This document shows positions 36,841 to 49,717 of a DNA stretch of 64,000 nucleotides, piece after piece. Within the stretch, counting starts at the first letter, position 1, and each line of letters opens with the position of its first letter. The stretch covers positions 16,926,001-16,990,000 of the forward strand of contig OZ024746.1 of assembly GCA_964016885.1 (NCBI GenBank). Direction: 5' to 3'. A program made the position numbers and the translations under genes. Below the pieces are notes generated by a model. The model was given only the letters and a program-made list of their open reading frames with translations. It had not been told where the DNA came from and did no database searches. Origin of the DNA: Eledone cirrhosa (taxonomy: Eukaryota).

Positions 36841-38572
36841 TTTTGTATTATAGTACCAGGGATAGTTTGTATTGTAGTACCAGGGATAGTTTGTATTGTA
36901 GTACCAGGGATAGTTTGTATTGTAGTACCAGGGATAGTTTGTATTGTAGTACCAGAGATAGTTTGTATTATAGTACCAGGGATAGTTTGTATTGTAGTAC
37001 CAGGGATAGTTTGTATTGTAGTACCAGGGATAGTTTGTATTGTAGTACCAGGGATAGTTTGTATTATAGTACCAGGGATAGTTTGTATTGTAGTACCAGG
37101 GATAGTTTGTATTATAGTACCAGGGATAGTTTGTATTGTAGTACCAGAGATAGTTTGTATTGTAGTACCAGGGATAGTTTGTATTATAGTACCAGGGATA
37201 GTTTGTATTGTAGTACCAGGGATAGTTTGTATTGTAGTACCAGAGATAGTTTGTATTGTAGTACCAGGGATAGTTTGTATTGTAGTACCAGGGATAGTTT
37301 GTATTATAGTACCAGGGATAGTTTGTATTGTAGTACCAGGGATAGTTTGTATTGTAGTACCAGGGATAGTTTGTATTGTAGTACCAGGGATAGTTTGTAT
37401 TATAGTACCAGGGATAGTTTGTATTGTAGTACCAGGGATAGTTTGTATTATAGTACCAGGGATAGTTTGTATTGTAGTACCAGGGATAGTTTGTATTGTA
37501 GTACCAGAGATAGTTTGTATTGTAGTACCAGGGATAGTTTGTATTGTAGTACCAGAGATAGTTTGTATTGTAGTACCAGGGATAGTTTGTATTGTAGTAC
37601 CAGGGATAGTTTGTATTGTAGTACCAGAGATAGTTTGTATTGTAGTACCAGAGATAGTTTGTATTGTAGTACCAGGGATAGTTTGTATTGTAGTACCAGG
37701 GATAGTTTGTATTGTAGTACCAGAGATAGTTTGTATTGTAGTACCAGAGATAGTTTGTATTGTAGTACCAGGGATAGTTTGTATTGTAGTACCAGAGATA
37801 GTTTGTATTGTAGTACCAGGGATAGTTTGTATTGTAGTACCAGAGATAGTTTGTATTGTAGTACCAGAGATAGTTTGTATTGTAGTACCAGGGATAGTTT
37901 TTATTATAGTACCAGGGATAGTTTGTATTGTAGTACCAGGGATAGTTTGTATTGTAGTACCAGGGATAGTTTGTATTGTAGTACCAGGGATAGTTTGTAT
38001 TGTAGTACCAGGGATAGTTTGTATTGTGGTACCAGGGATAGTTTGTATTGTAGTACCAGAGATAGTTTGTATTATAGTACCAGGGATAGTTTGTATTGTA
38101 GTACCAGGGATAGTTTGTATTGTAGTACCAGGGCTAGTTTGTATTATAGTACCAGAGATAGTTTGTATTGTAGTACCAGGGATAGTTTGTATTGTAGTAC
38201 CAGGGATAGTTTGTATTGTAGTACCAGGGATAGTTTGTATTGTAGTACCAGGGATAGTTTGTATTGTAGTACCAGGGATAGTTTGTATTGTAGTACCAGG
38301 GGCAGTTTGTATTGTAGTACCAGAGATAGTTTGTATTGTAGTACCAGGGATAGTTTGTATTGTAGTACCAGGGATAGTTTGTATTGTAGTACCAGGGATA
38401 GTTTGTATTGTAGTACCAGGGGCAGTTTGTATTGTAGTACCAGAGATAGTTTGTATTGTAGTACCAGGGATAGTTTGTATTGTAGTACCAGGGATAGTTT
38501 GTATTGTAGTACCAGAGATAGTTTGTATTGTAGTACCAGGGATAGTTTGTATTGTAGTACCAGGGGCAGTTT
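36841..38572 (+). repeat. 24-bp minisatellite, ~72 copies, inside a piggyBac-like MITE
   Basis: Unit tagtaccag(g/a)gatagtttgtatt(g/a), running into the MITE end ggggcagtttcaggatagtttggtatcaaaag. Confidence 0.97.
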
Positions 38573-40154
38573 CAGGATAGTTTGGTATCAAAAGAATTTT
38601 GTACTGAAATGAAGTTTCTACTTTCTTTCATTCTTTTTGTTTTGTTTTTCTCTTTTTCTTTCACACTTTCTTTCTTTGCTTCTTTTTATCTATTTTCTTC
38701 TTTCTCAAGCGTTCTTTCTTTCCCCATTGTATTTTTCTTTTTCTTTTCTTCTGTCACTTCTTCCTCTCTCTCTGGCTTTATTTCTCTTTTTTTTTTGTTT
38801 CTTTATTCTATGTTTTTTATTAGTTTTTTTCTTTCATTCATTTTCCCTTCTTCCTACTTTCTCCTTTCCTTCCTTCTCTCTTTCACATCACACAATATAC
38901 AGCAGTAGAAATAGACAGAACACAAGAATAGTAGAAACAAAACAACCTTAACTACAACTACAACATCATCAATTATTTCAAGCTGTGAGAAATCTTTCAA
39001 CTATTATGAAAGACCAGTGATTGGTATTCATTAAACGACAACAACATCAACAGTTGCTATATAATCTTTATTATACTTGCTGTCGTTACCAAGAGACATT
39101 ATCAAGGTCATATCTCCACTTCATTACAACTTATTCTTTCATTCGTGCAAGATTTTTTTTTTTTTTTTTTTTTTTTTACTATTAATATAAGGAAGACAAG
39201 AATGGTAGATTGGTAGTATTGGTCAGTTGGTGATATTTGTTGTGGCTCTTTAGGTTTAAATCCCACCAAGGTCAGCGTTACTTTTCATCTTTCTGGAGTA
39301 AAAAAAAAAATAAAGTACCGGTCAAGTATTTGGGCTAATTTAATTAACCTTGCCCTTCCCCCATAATTTGCTGGCTTTGTGTTTGAATTAGTAATCAATA
39401 TAATAAAGGACACAGAAATATATTGCCCTAGACTAGTCTGCAATATGGGAGAGTGTTCTCCCACATTGTCCAGACATATATCATTGCAGTAGTGTTGATA
39501 GTGGTCTGTGTACTTATGTATATATATTTACCTTTTAGACACACACATTTTATAATTACATCCTGTGTATAAGGCAGTCCTACAGTACAGCCATGTCTTT
39601 GTAATTGTTTTTTCTAAACATGAACCATGTTATCCACTTTATTTTATTAACTCAGAAAGTATGAAAGACAAACTTGACCTTGGTTAAAAGTAACCAAAGT
39701 CTAGGTGGTGGTATTAGCAATGGATTAACTATACTGCCCTCTTCCTACCCTTTTTCATCTTACTCTCTATCTTCATATATCACATTCTCTCTCTCTCTCA
39801 CCCTCTCTGATTCTCCATTGTAGTTTCTTCCCCTTCCTCCACAACACAACACTACACACCCATTTTCTCTATCTGTCTCTATTATCTCTCTAAACTCTCT
39901 AGATCTAAACAACAACCAGGAGTTGTTCTATGTAATAGATGACACTTTGTTCTCTTCTGTTCTGTTTACTCTAACTCCTAGTTTATTTTTCAACAACACA
40001 GACTACATTGTTTCAACCTGGAAATACTGTTGAATGTCTGAAATACTGTTGAATGTCTCTACATGACATCTTTTATATACACACTGTTTCATAATATAAC
40101 ATCAGTTATAAACCCCCAACCCCCACCCCCACCCCCCACACACACACACACGCA

Positions 40155-40350
40155 CATCAAGTTTAATATAGAAATGGCTTCTACTACAGGACTAGAACTA
40201 TTTCATCCAGAAGAAATCATTAGGAAAGCCTGATGATTTCTTCTGAATGAAACATTTCTAGTCCTGTAGAAGCCATTTCTATATCAAACTTGATGTTTAC
40301 ACTCTACTAATGTATTGAATACCTTTCTAAGTGTGGTTACCTCCAATTGA
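40155..40350. mobile_element. Head-to-head inverted Penelope pLTR-like pair with a hammerhead-like motif
   Basis: Arms 40155-40224 and 40229-40295 around loop aaag. The right arm has cCTGATGAtttcttctgaatGAAAC. Same family as 34755-34880, next to the GIY-YIG remnant. Confidence 0.6.
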
Positions 40351-40663
40351 ACCTGGGACTCACACACACACACACACTCATATATATGTATATGTACATA
40401 TGTGTGTGTGTGTGTATTTTACTCTTCTATTGGTTTCGCTCATTAAACTATCCATGTAGGAGCACCACTTTGAAGGGATTTAGTTGGTCATATACACATC
40501 AGTACTTATTTTTTTCAAAACTGGGTCCTTGTTTTATCAATCTTTCTGTCGAACTGTTAAGTTACAGGATACAAACAAATATCACAAATTATTGCATGAT
40601 GATATTTGTTTTTGAAATGCGCATTATAAAATACATGGAACTCATTTAACCATCTTTTGATCT

Positions 40664-40705
<42 letters not shown>

Positions 40706-41094
40706 TCATCATCATCATCATTATCATCGTTTAACGTCTATCTTCCACACTAGCATGGGTTAAAAGGGAGTTGTCCCACTTGAGGCAAGATTGGTCGGGT
40801 GACCGTGTCTCGCTCGTATAGGACTATCTGGCAGGTTTTTTATGGTTGGATGCCCTTCCTAACACCAACCATATTTACAGTGTGGACTGGAAGCTTTTTA
40901 CCGTGTTACCTACACGGCCACATTACAACATGGACTGTGTGTTTTTTTGTTGTGACACCTACACCACATATATATATAAGGATAAAGATCCCATAACTCC
41001 TTGTGGAGTCGTAGAGGCACCGTCAAACGGCATGTCTAGGGTACTTTTAAACCTGGCCAAGCCCAACCCTCTCTAGGCCTGAACACAGTCGATT

Positions 41095-41269
41095 ATTTCT
41101 ATAGAGGAAAAATCAACCCCAGTACTGGACTGGTACTTTTTTCATCGACCTCGAAAGGATAAAAGGCAAGGTTGATCCTGGCGGGATATGAATTCAGAGT
41201 GCACAATGAGGTGGGATGGATACCGTAAAGCATTCTATCCGATGTCTTAACGACGCTGTCAATTCGCTG

Positions 41270-41272
<3 letters not shown>
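41095..41272 (-). mobile_element. Deu/Nin-type SINE
   Basis: ctggtacttttttcatcgacctcgaaaggataaaaggcaaggttgatcctggcgggatatgaattcag. Confidence 0.75.
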
Positions 41273-41317
<45 letters not shown>

Positions 41318-41467
41318 ATGGGTGTATATGAAAGCATATACTATAAGTTTCTATACAATAAACATATGGTAATCTCGCTATTAAAGAAAAATATTTTTTT
41401 GTAACAAAACAATTATTTTTCTTTCTTGTTCTGTGAACATGTCACAGAATGCACGCAACCGGTAATT

Positions 41468-42930
41468 TTGGTTGGTCAGTGGGTCATTGGTGTTTGGTTG
41501 GTTAGTGGGTCATTGGTGTTTGGTTGGTTAGTGGGTCATTGGTGTTTGGTTGGTTAGTGGGTCATTGGTGTTTGGTTGGTCAGTGGGTCATTGGTGTTTG
41601 GTTGGTTAGTGGGTCATTGGTGTTTGGTTGGTCAGTGGGTCATTGGTGTTTGGTTGGTTAGTGGGTCATTGGTGTTTGGTTGGTCAGTGGGTCATTGGTG
41701 TTTGGTTGGTTAGTGGGTCATTGGTGTTTGGTTGGTTAGAGGGTCATTAGTGTTTGGTTGGTTAGTGGGTCATTGGTGTTTGGTTGGTCAGTGGGTCATT
41801 GGTGTTTGGTTGGTTAGTGGGTCATTGGTGTTTGGTTGGTTAGTGGGTCATTGGTGTTTGGTTGGTTAGTGGGTCATTGGTGTTTGGTTGGTCAGTGGGT
41901 CATTGGTGTTTGGTTGGTTAGTGGGTCATTGGTGTTTGGTTGGTCAGTGGGTCATTGGTGTTTGGTTGGTTAGTGGGTCATTGGTGTTTGGTTGGTTAGA
42001 GGGTCATTAGTGTTTGGTTGGTTAGTGGGTCATTGGTGTTTGGTTGGTCAGTGGGTCATTGGTGTTTGGTTGGTTAGTGGGTCATTGGTGTTTGGTTGGT
42101 TAGTGGGTCATTGGTGTTTGGTTGGTTAGTGGGTCATTGGTGTTTGGTTGGTTAGTGGGTCATTGGTGTTTGGTTGGTTAGTGGGTCATTGGTGTTTGGT
42201 TGGTTAGTGGGTCATTGGTGTTTGGTTGGTCAGTGGGTCATTGGTGTTTGGTTGGTTAGAGGGTCATTAGTGTTTGGTGGGTCATTGGTGTTTGGTTGGT
42301 TAGTGGGTCATTGGTGTTTGGTTGGTTAGTGGGTCATTGGTGTTTGGTTGGTTAGTGGGTCATTGGTGTTTGGTTGGTCAGTGGGTCATTGGTGTTTGGT
42401 TGGTTAGTGGGTCATTGGTGTTTGGTTGGTTAGTGGGTCATTGGTGTTTGGTTGGTTAGTGGGTCATTGGTGTTTGGTTGGTTAGAGGGTCATTAGTGTT
42501 CGGTTGGTTAGTGGGTCATTGGTGTTTGGTTGGTTAGAGGGTCATTAGTGTTTGGTTGGTTAGTGGGTCATTGGTGTTTGGTTGGTCAGTGGGTCATTGG
42601 TGTTTGGTTGGTTAGTGGGTCATTGGTGTTTGGTTGGTTAGTGGGTCATTGGTGTTTGGTTGGTTAGTGGGTCATTGGTGTTTGGTTGGTTCGTGGGTCA
42701 TTGGTGTTTGGTTAGTCAGTGGGTCATTGGTGTTTGGTTGGTTAGTGGGTCATTAGTGTTTGGTTGGTCAGTGGGTCATTGGTGTTTGGTTGGTTAGTGG
42801 GTCATTGGTGTTTGGTTGGTTAGTGGGTCATTGGTGTTTGGATGGTTAGTGGGTCATTGGTGTTTGGTTGATCAGTGGGTCATTGATGTTTTGTTGGTCG
42901 GTGGGTCATTGGTATTTTGCTGGTCAGTGA
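41468..42930 (+). repeat. 26-bp G/T-rich minisatellite, ~56 copies
   Basis: Unit ggttggt(t/c)agtgggtcattggtgttt; period 26 (41479 to 41505). Confidence 0.97.
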
Positions 42931-42994
42931 AAGAGCAAAGCAATAAGATAAAGGGTCTATGATCAAAATAATAAGTAAAGCTCAAGTGAAAATA

Positions 42995-43523
42995 ATATTG
43001 GACTACAATCTTATAGATCTAACATAATATGGGACTACCATCTTATAGATCTAACATTCCAATATTGGACTACCATCTTATAGATCTAACATTCCAATAT
43101 TAGACTACCAACTTATAGATCTAAAATTATAATATTGGACTACCACTTTATAGATCTAACATTATAATATTGGACTACCATCTTATAGATCTAACATAAT
43201 ATTGGACTACCACTTTATAGATCTAACATTATAATATTGGACTACCATCTTATAGATCTAACATAATATTGGACTACCATCTTATAGATCTAACATAATA
43301 TTGGACTACCACTTTATAGATCTAACATTATAATATTGGACTACCATCTTATAGATCTAACATAATATTGGACTACCACTTTATAGATCTAACATAATAT
43401 TGGACTACCACTTTATAGATCTAACATTATAATATTGGACTACCATCTTATAGATCTAACATAATATTGGACTACCACTTTATAGATCTAACAATATTAG
43501 ACTACCACCTTATAGATCTAACA
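42995..43523 (+). repeat. 32/35-bp minisatellite, ~16 copies
   Basis: Unit aatattggactacca(tc/ct)ttatagatctaacat(tat). Confidence 0.95.
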
Positions 43524-43981
43524 TGCCATTCCAATGCAGGAGGGGTTCTCTTGAATCTCTCAGCTGTAATTGGGAATATATTGAGGATCACATGAGTGTT
43601 AGCTGTGATAGATTGGCATGCTATCTAATCATGATTCCAATGACACATGTGAGGACCAGATATCAATTCAAGATCTTGTTTCAGCTGTCCACCTTGTTGT
43701 TTACACCATTCTGGGAAGGACTTTCATGTGACTGTATTGTCAATGTGTTTGCCTAACTATGTGATAGGCACCATATAAAAACAACTTTTACAAAAAATCT
43801 TTTCTCAAATGCTGGCTGCAACCAGCATTACAAACTAATACTAACCAAGCTCAGTGTCACAGTCATCTGATAGACTGTGAACTAGTTTTGATTCCAATAG
43901 CAGACACTATATATGTAAGGATCAGATATCAATTCAAGTTGTGGCTTATTTATATTAATTCATGTTTTCAGCTGTCCACTA

Positions 43982-44850
43982 TCATTTACACTATCCCAGA
44001 AGGGGCTGTGATAAAACCCTCATTTACATCATCCCAGAGGGACCCATGATGTGATTATCATTTACACTATCCTGGAAGGGGCCATGATATGACCCTCATT
44101 TAGACTATCCCAGAAGGGGCTGTGATGTAACCCTCATTTACACTATCCCAGAAGGGGCTGTGATATGACCCTCATTTACACTATCCCAGAAGGGGCTGTG
44201 ATATGACCCTCATTTACACTATCCCAGAAGGGGCTGTGATGTGACCCTCATTTACACCATTCCAGAAGGGCCCATGATGTGATTATCATTTATACTATCC
44301 CAGAAAGTCCCATGATGTGATTAGCATTTACACCATCCCAGAAGGGGCTGTGATGTAACCCTCCTTTACACTATCCCAGAAGGGGCTGTGATGTAACCCT
44401 CCTTTACACTATCCCAGAAGGGGCTGTGATGAAACCCTTATTTACACCATCCCAGAGGGGCCCATGATGTGATTATAATTTACACTATCCTAGAAGGGGC
44501 CATGATATGACCCTCATTTACACCATCCCAGAAGGGACTGTGATGTAACCCTCCTTTACACTATCCCAGAAGGGGTTGTGATGTAACCCTCATTTACACT
44601 ATCCTAGAAGGATCCATGATTTGATTATCATTTACACTATCCTAGAAGGGCCCATGATATGATTATCATTTACACTATCCTAGAAGGGCCCATGATATGA
44701 TTATCATTTACACTATCCTAGAAGGGCCCATGATATGATTATCATTTACACTATCCTAGAAGGGCCCATGATATGATTATCTTTCACAGCATCTCAGAAG
44801 GATCCATGATGTAACCCATTTACACCATCCCAGAAGGGGTTGTGATGTGA
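43982..44850 (+). repeat. 38-bp minisatellite, ~23 copies, two unit types
   Basis: catttacactatcccagaaggggctgtgatatgaccct and catttacactatcctagaagggcccatgatatgattat; period 38 (44173 to 44211). Confidence 0.95.
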
Positions 44851-45556
44851 CTACTCTGCAGATGAGTTTGTCTAACCATATGATATGCATCTTACAAAAG
44901 ACATTTTTTTAAAAATCTTTTCTCCGAGGTTTGATATTTGAGATAGAATTGGGCTATTTTAAATGATAAACTAGTTTTTGTTGTTGTTATTGTTTTTTTT
45001 CACCATTTTGTGTTCTTTTGTGTTCTTTGTCTACTAAATATAGTATTACATTATAAACATAAACTGGCTTTAGTTGTAACTGGGGTTGTATTACTACTCT
45101 AGTTAGACTGGGTGGGTGTCTGGTGTAGGGGAATTCAGTAGGAACCAAATTTGATAGTGACAGTAGTTTCTGTTACAGTTTTATCTAGAAATGGTGTTGT
45201 TGTTGTTGCGTTTAACTGTTATATTTACATAAAATGATGGGGGTGTTTTCTTCTTTCAATCTCTGAAAATTCTCTTCTACTTAAATATAGCAGTAACTCT
45301 TAATATCCTGAACCACATGAAACCACATTAGCACTACAACTTAATTACGCTAAAAATTAGTCTTTACTCTAATATTGCAAATTTTCACCAGTAAAGGTAT
45401 TATAAACATTTGAATGAACAAACCAGCTTTTCTATATTTTCTGCTACAGGGTGTTAAGAGTTAATTCTATGCTTCAATTTGGGAACGACTATGGCTTTCT
45501 GTATAAAGATTTCTGACATTTATGGAAGAAATTATAAAACAAGATAAATTAGTCTT

Positions 45557-45836
45557 GTGTGTGTGTGTGTTTTTATCTATGGATGTGTGTGTGTGTGTGT
45601 TTATGGATGTGTGCGTGTTTATCTATAGATGTGTGTGTGTATGTGTTTTTATCTATGGATGTGTGTGTGTGTGTTTATGGATGTGTGCGTGTTTATCTAT
45701 AGATGTGTGTGTGTATGTGTTTTTATCTATGGATGTGTGTGTGTGTTTATCTATAGATGTGTGTGTGTTTATCCATGGATGTGTGCGTGTTTATCTATAG
45801 ATGTGTGTGTGTTTATCCATGGATGTGTGTGTGTGT
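45557..45836 (+). repeat. Compound (TG)n/tttatctat(g/a)ga repeat
   Basis: Repeated tgtgtgtgtttatctatggatg. Confidence 0.9.
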
Positions 45837-45936
45837 GAGTGTTTGTGGTTGTATGTTATACCTGTTGATCTAATGATGTGTGTGTGTGTATGTACATAAA
45901 TGTTTTGATTACTCTGCAGGAATTAAGTATCTTACC

Positions 45937-46200
45937 CACCACCATCATCACCATCACCAGCCCCAGCACCATCACCACCACCACCACCATCAATAACACT
46001 ACCACCACCATCATCACCATCACCAGCCCCAGCACCATCACCACCACCATCACCACCACCATCATCACCATCACCATCACCAGCACCATCTCCATCACTA
46101 TCAACACCACCACCACCATCAGCACCACCACCACTTCTACCATCACCACCATCACTACCACTCACCACTGCCACTCACCACTATCAACACCACCATCACT
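45937..46200 (+). repeat. Degenerate (CAC/CAT)n microsatellite
   Basis: caccaccatcatcaccatcacc run. Confidence 0.9.
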
Positions 46201-47660
46201 ACTACCCTTCATCTCCTTTTCCAAACCAATACTGCTATCATTGACTCATCTCTATTATCATTAACTAAAATGGAGGATAATTCTCTTTGTTTTTACTTTC
46301 ATCTAATTTTTATCACTTATTTTTTACTTAACTGGTTTCTGTGAGATAATAGCAAGTATATTATCACTGGTAAATTGTTATTTTTATGTCTGAAAGTTGT
46401 TGCTGTTTAGCCCCAGATAAGCCTTGATTGACTGCAGCAAAGACATTCCTGCTCTAACTAGCCTATCTTGTTTACAGCCAGAATATATTTAAGATTACAT
46501 TAAGACAGTAGCGTATGATTTAAGGGAGATTTTAGTTGCTATTTTTAGTAGCTTCAGTGACCATGTAGAGGTGCTCTCAACGTGGTTCACAGAAAATCTG
46601 CTAAACAAAAGGTCAGGAGGATTGTTCAGTTGAGTGAATGTCATGGCAACTCATTAGTGCTGGTGCAATGATAAAATTCCACCGGTGTACACTGTACAGC
46701 ATCGGATGCCTGCCTCCATCCCATTTTAGTAGGAATGTATGTAAGCAAGATGCAGGCCCTTTGCCCATCTAGGAGGTCAGTAGCTGTAATTAAATACTGA
46801 TGCAATACTGTAGCAAAGAAAACAGATGTTAAATGATGATGATATTTCTTGACACTTTAATGGTTCTGTGAAATTGACAGCAGGTGCAAGTGTGTCTGTG
46901 TAGTTAAGATGTTTATTACACACCCATGTAGTTTTGAGTTCTATCTCAGTGTGGTGTCTTCTAATACTGCCATTGGTTGTCCAATGTTTCGCAAGTGAGG
47001 TTATGGTGTGGAAGCCTGTCAAATATAGCCTTGTGTGTGTGTGTGTGTGTTAGTGTTTGCATGCATTTGTGTGAGTCTGTGTGCGTGTGAGCTTGTGTCT
47101 TCATGTCGCTTTTGACACCACATCCACTGGTAAATATTTGTTTATGTCCCTCATGTCAGCAGCTCCACATACTTTACTTTAAAAAAAACCAGGGCATCTT
47201 GCCATCGAAAAACAAAATATCTCAAAATATCTCATTCAAACCTTGCCAGTATGGAAACACGTGAATGTAAAAACACTGCTTCTGCTGATGATTGTAGGAG
47301 TAAGATAAGTTTATTCATCATAATTGTATTTATCTATTACTTTTGTACTTCCTTGTAAACTACAAATTAATTTACTTTGTTATTATGTAAACATCCTAAA
47401 ATATAATCCTAGTGATTTTATTTCTTTCTCTGTCATCAAATATCTATCAATACTTGTACAAACCATGAGAATAATCATAATCTGTGTCTCTCTGTGACAC
47501 ACAAATGCTATGACCTGTCAAAAATGTTCCAAAACTGTTATTCAGAGTTCATGGAACAAAAAAGTTGAGATGGGAAATACAGAAAATGTTTAAAAATCAT
47601 TCATTCATGCCAGAGATTAACATTCTCTTTGTACAATGTTCTCTCTCTCTCTCCACATAT

Positions 47661-47880
47661 ATCATCATCATCATCATCATTTTACGTCCGCTTTTCCCTG
47701 CTTGCAAGGGTGGGATGGGTCCTATTAAGTATGGCATCTCTCCATTCGTCACGGTCCTTTGTCGTCTCCTCCGTGAGCTTCAGCGGTCCAAGGCCTACTG
47801 TCACCACCTCCGCCCATGTTTCTCGTGGTCTTCTTAGACTGCATCTTCCTTCTTCTGGGATTTCTTTGGTTATGTTTGGA
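47661..47880 (-). mobile_element. RTE LINE 3' end with (CAT)n tail; related copy at 51305-51545
   Basis: Minus strand reads RRPRETWAEVV...KDRDEWRDAILNRTHPTLASREKRT followed by aaaatgatgatg. Confidence 0.8.
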
Positions 47881-47942
47881 ACACACATATATATGTGTGT
47901 GTGTGTGTTTATATATATATATGTATACACACACACACACAG

Positions 47943-48020
47943 AGGGTGTCCCCCAAAAATGTATACATACTTTTATTAGAATACTGCTGAAGTGTGTATA
48001 CATTTTGGGGGGACATCCTG
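47943..48020. mobile_element. ~80 bp Tc1/mariner-type MITE (almost entirely TIR)
   Basis: agggtgtcccccaaaaatgtatacatactt / aagtgtgtatacattttggggggacatcct. Confidence 0.75.
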
Positions 48021-48801
48021 TGTATGTGTGTATATATATATATATGTATGATAGCTGTTACAGAACATAACCAAAAGGAGCCGGTTGTTAAGCGTGCATT
48101 GTTAACGTACATAGACACATATAATCAACGAACCTAGCTTTGTTACAATCTGGTTATATAGTAGTAGCGGTGGTTGTGGTGCTAGTAGTAGTAGTGGGGG
48201 CTTTTAATTTGACACAAGGCCAGCAATTCAATCAACATCTCTCTCATCAAATTGCTGGCCTTGTGCCTTAATAATAATGGGCTCTAATTTTGGCACAAAA
48301 CCACCAGTTTGGGAGGAGGTGAAAGTTGATTATATCAACCTCAGTATTTGACTGGTACTTTATTTTATCAACTTTGGAAGGACGAATGACAAAGTTGATT
48401 TGAACTCAGAACATGAAGATGGAGTAGATATTTTCTTTGATGCTCTAACAATTCTATCAATTACCTGATCAAGATAATAACAATGATAAGCACAAGGCCA
48501 GAAATTGAGTGGGGTGGTCTGTTGATTACATTGACCCCTTCCCCAGTACTTGATTGGTACTTTATTTAATTGACCCTGGAAGGTTGAATGGCAAAGATGA
48601 CTGTAGTCAGATTTGTAAAGAGCTGTAAAACTTTTTCTCTGATGTTTTACCATTTCTGCCAATCCACTAACCTTGATAACTACAATAACAACAGCAACAG
48701 CAATGTTAAACACAAAAGACACATTTCTATTTTACACTCAACTCTCTCCTATAATTACCTTTCCTTCTTCCCCTTCTCTCTCTCTCACTCACTCTCTCAG
48801 C

Positions 48802-49652
48802 ATTCCTTCATTCACAATAAAATTTCAATATACCAACTCATATAACACCATATGTTGGTACCTTTTGATATTTTCATATACATAGATACATGAGTTATAA
48901 TACTGCTAATCCTTTCAAAGTAGGCCCTTTCTACTTTCACGCAATTACCTTAAACCTAGCCCTAACCCAGCAATCTTTCCTCTGTTCAACTCACATTTGA
49001 AAGATTTTTACTAGAATGGCTCTCGGATCCACCACTGCAGTCTGTCTGATACCCTGTTAGCTCTCAAAGAAGTTAGGAGGAGTCATGTCTGGAAAGTAAA
49101 GAGCCTGCTGAATCAGTGAATGCCTTTCTTTGCCAATAAATTTTGGATCAGTTGTGATAAATGAGCCAGCATTGTCATGATGCAGCTGCCAGTTTTACGA
49201 AGCCTACAGACCTGGTTTCTTGGTACCGACTTCATGATGGTACTCCTTTGTAACTGTTTGTCTTTTTGGGTGTGTATTTATGATACACAATGCTTTGGTA
49301 GCTTAGCCTGTTGGTTGAAGCAGCTTACTGAGGTATGGCTACTGGGCTGCGCAATCAATTAACTAGATGTCATGGGTAAGAGTTGCAAGGCAGTCCGAAA
49401 CCAAAGTCTTCTAGTTACTCTTGAAGGGTGAGAACACAACTGCTATTTGACAGAGGTGCTCTCCATGAAACAAACACACACACACACACACACTTATAGT
49501 TATATGTATTTACACATATCCACACTATGACATACACACAAACTGATACACATACACCTTTCATAGACAGTTATATATTCATGCATATACATTTCATATT
49601 TTGATAGACATAGACATAGTTTTAAACAATCTCTCTCTCTCCCTCCCTCCCC

Positions 49653-49717
<65 letters not shown>

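Noticed and set aside
36828-38612. 587/589-aa ORFs (TIPGTTIQ / YCSTRDSL repeats) as mucin-like genes
   Set aside because: Pure 24-bp tandem repeat inside a MITE, open on both strands, with no signal peptide or splice context.
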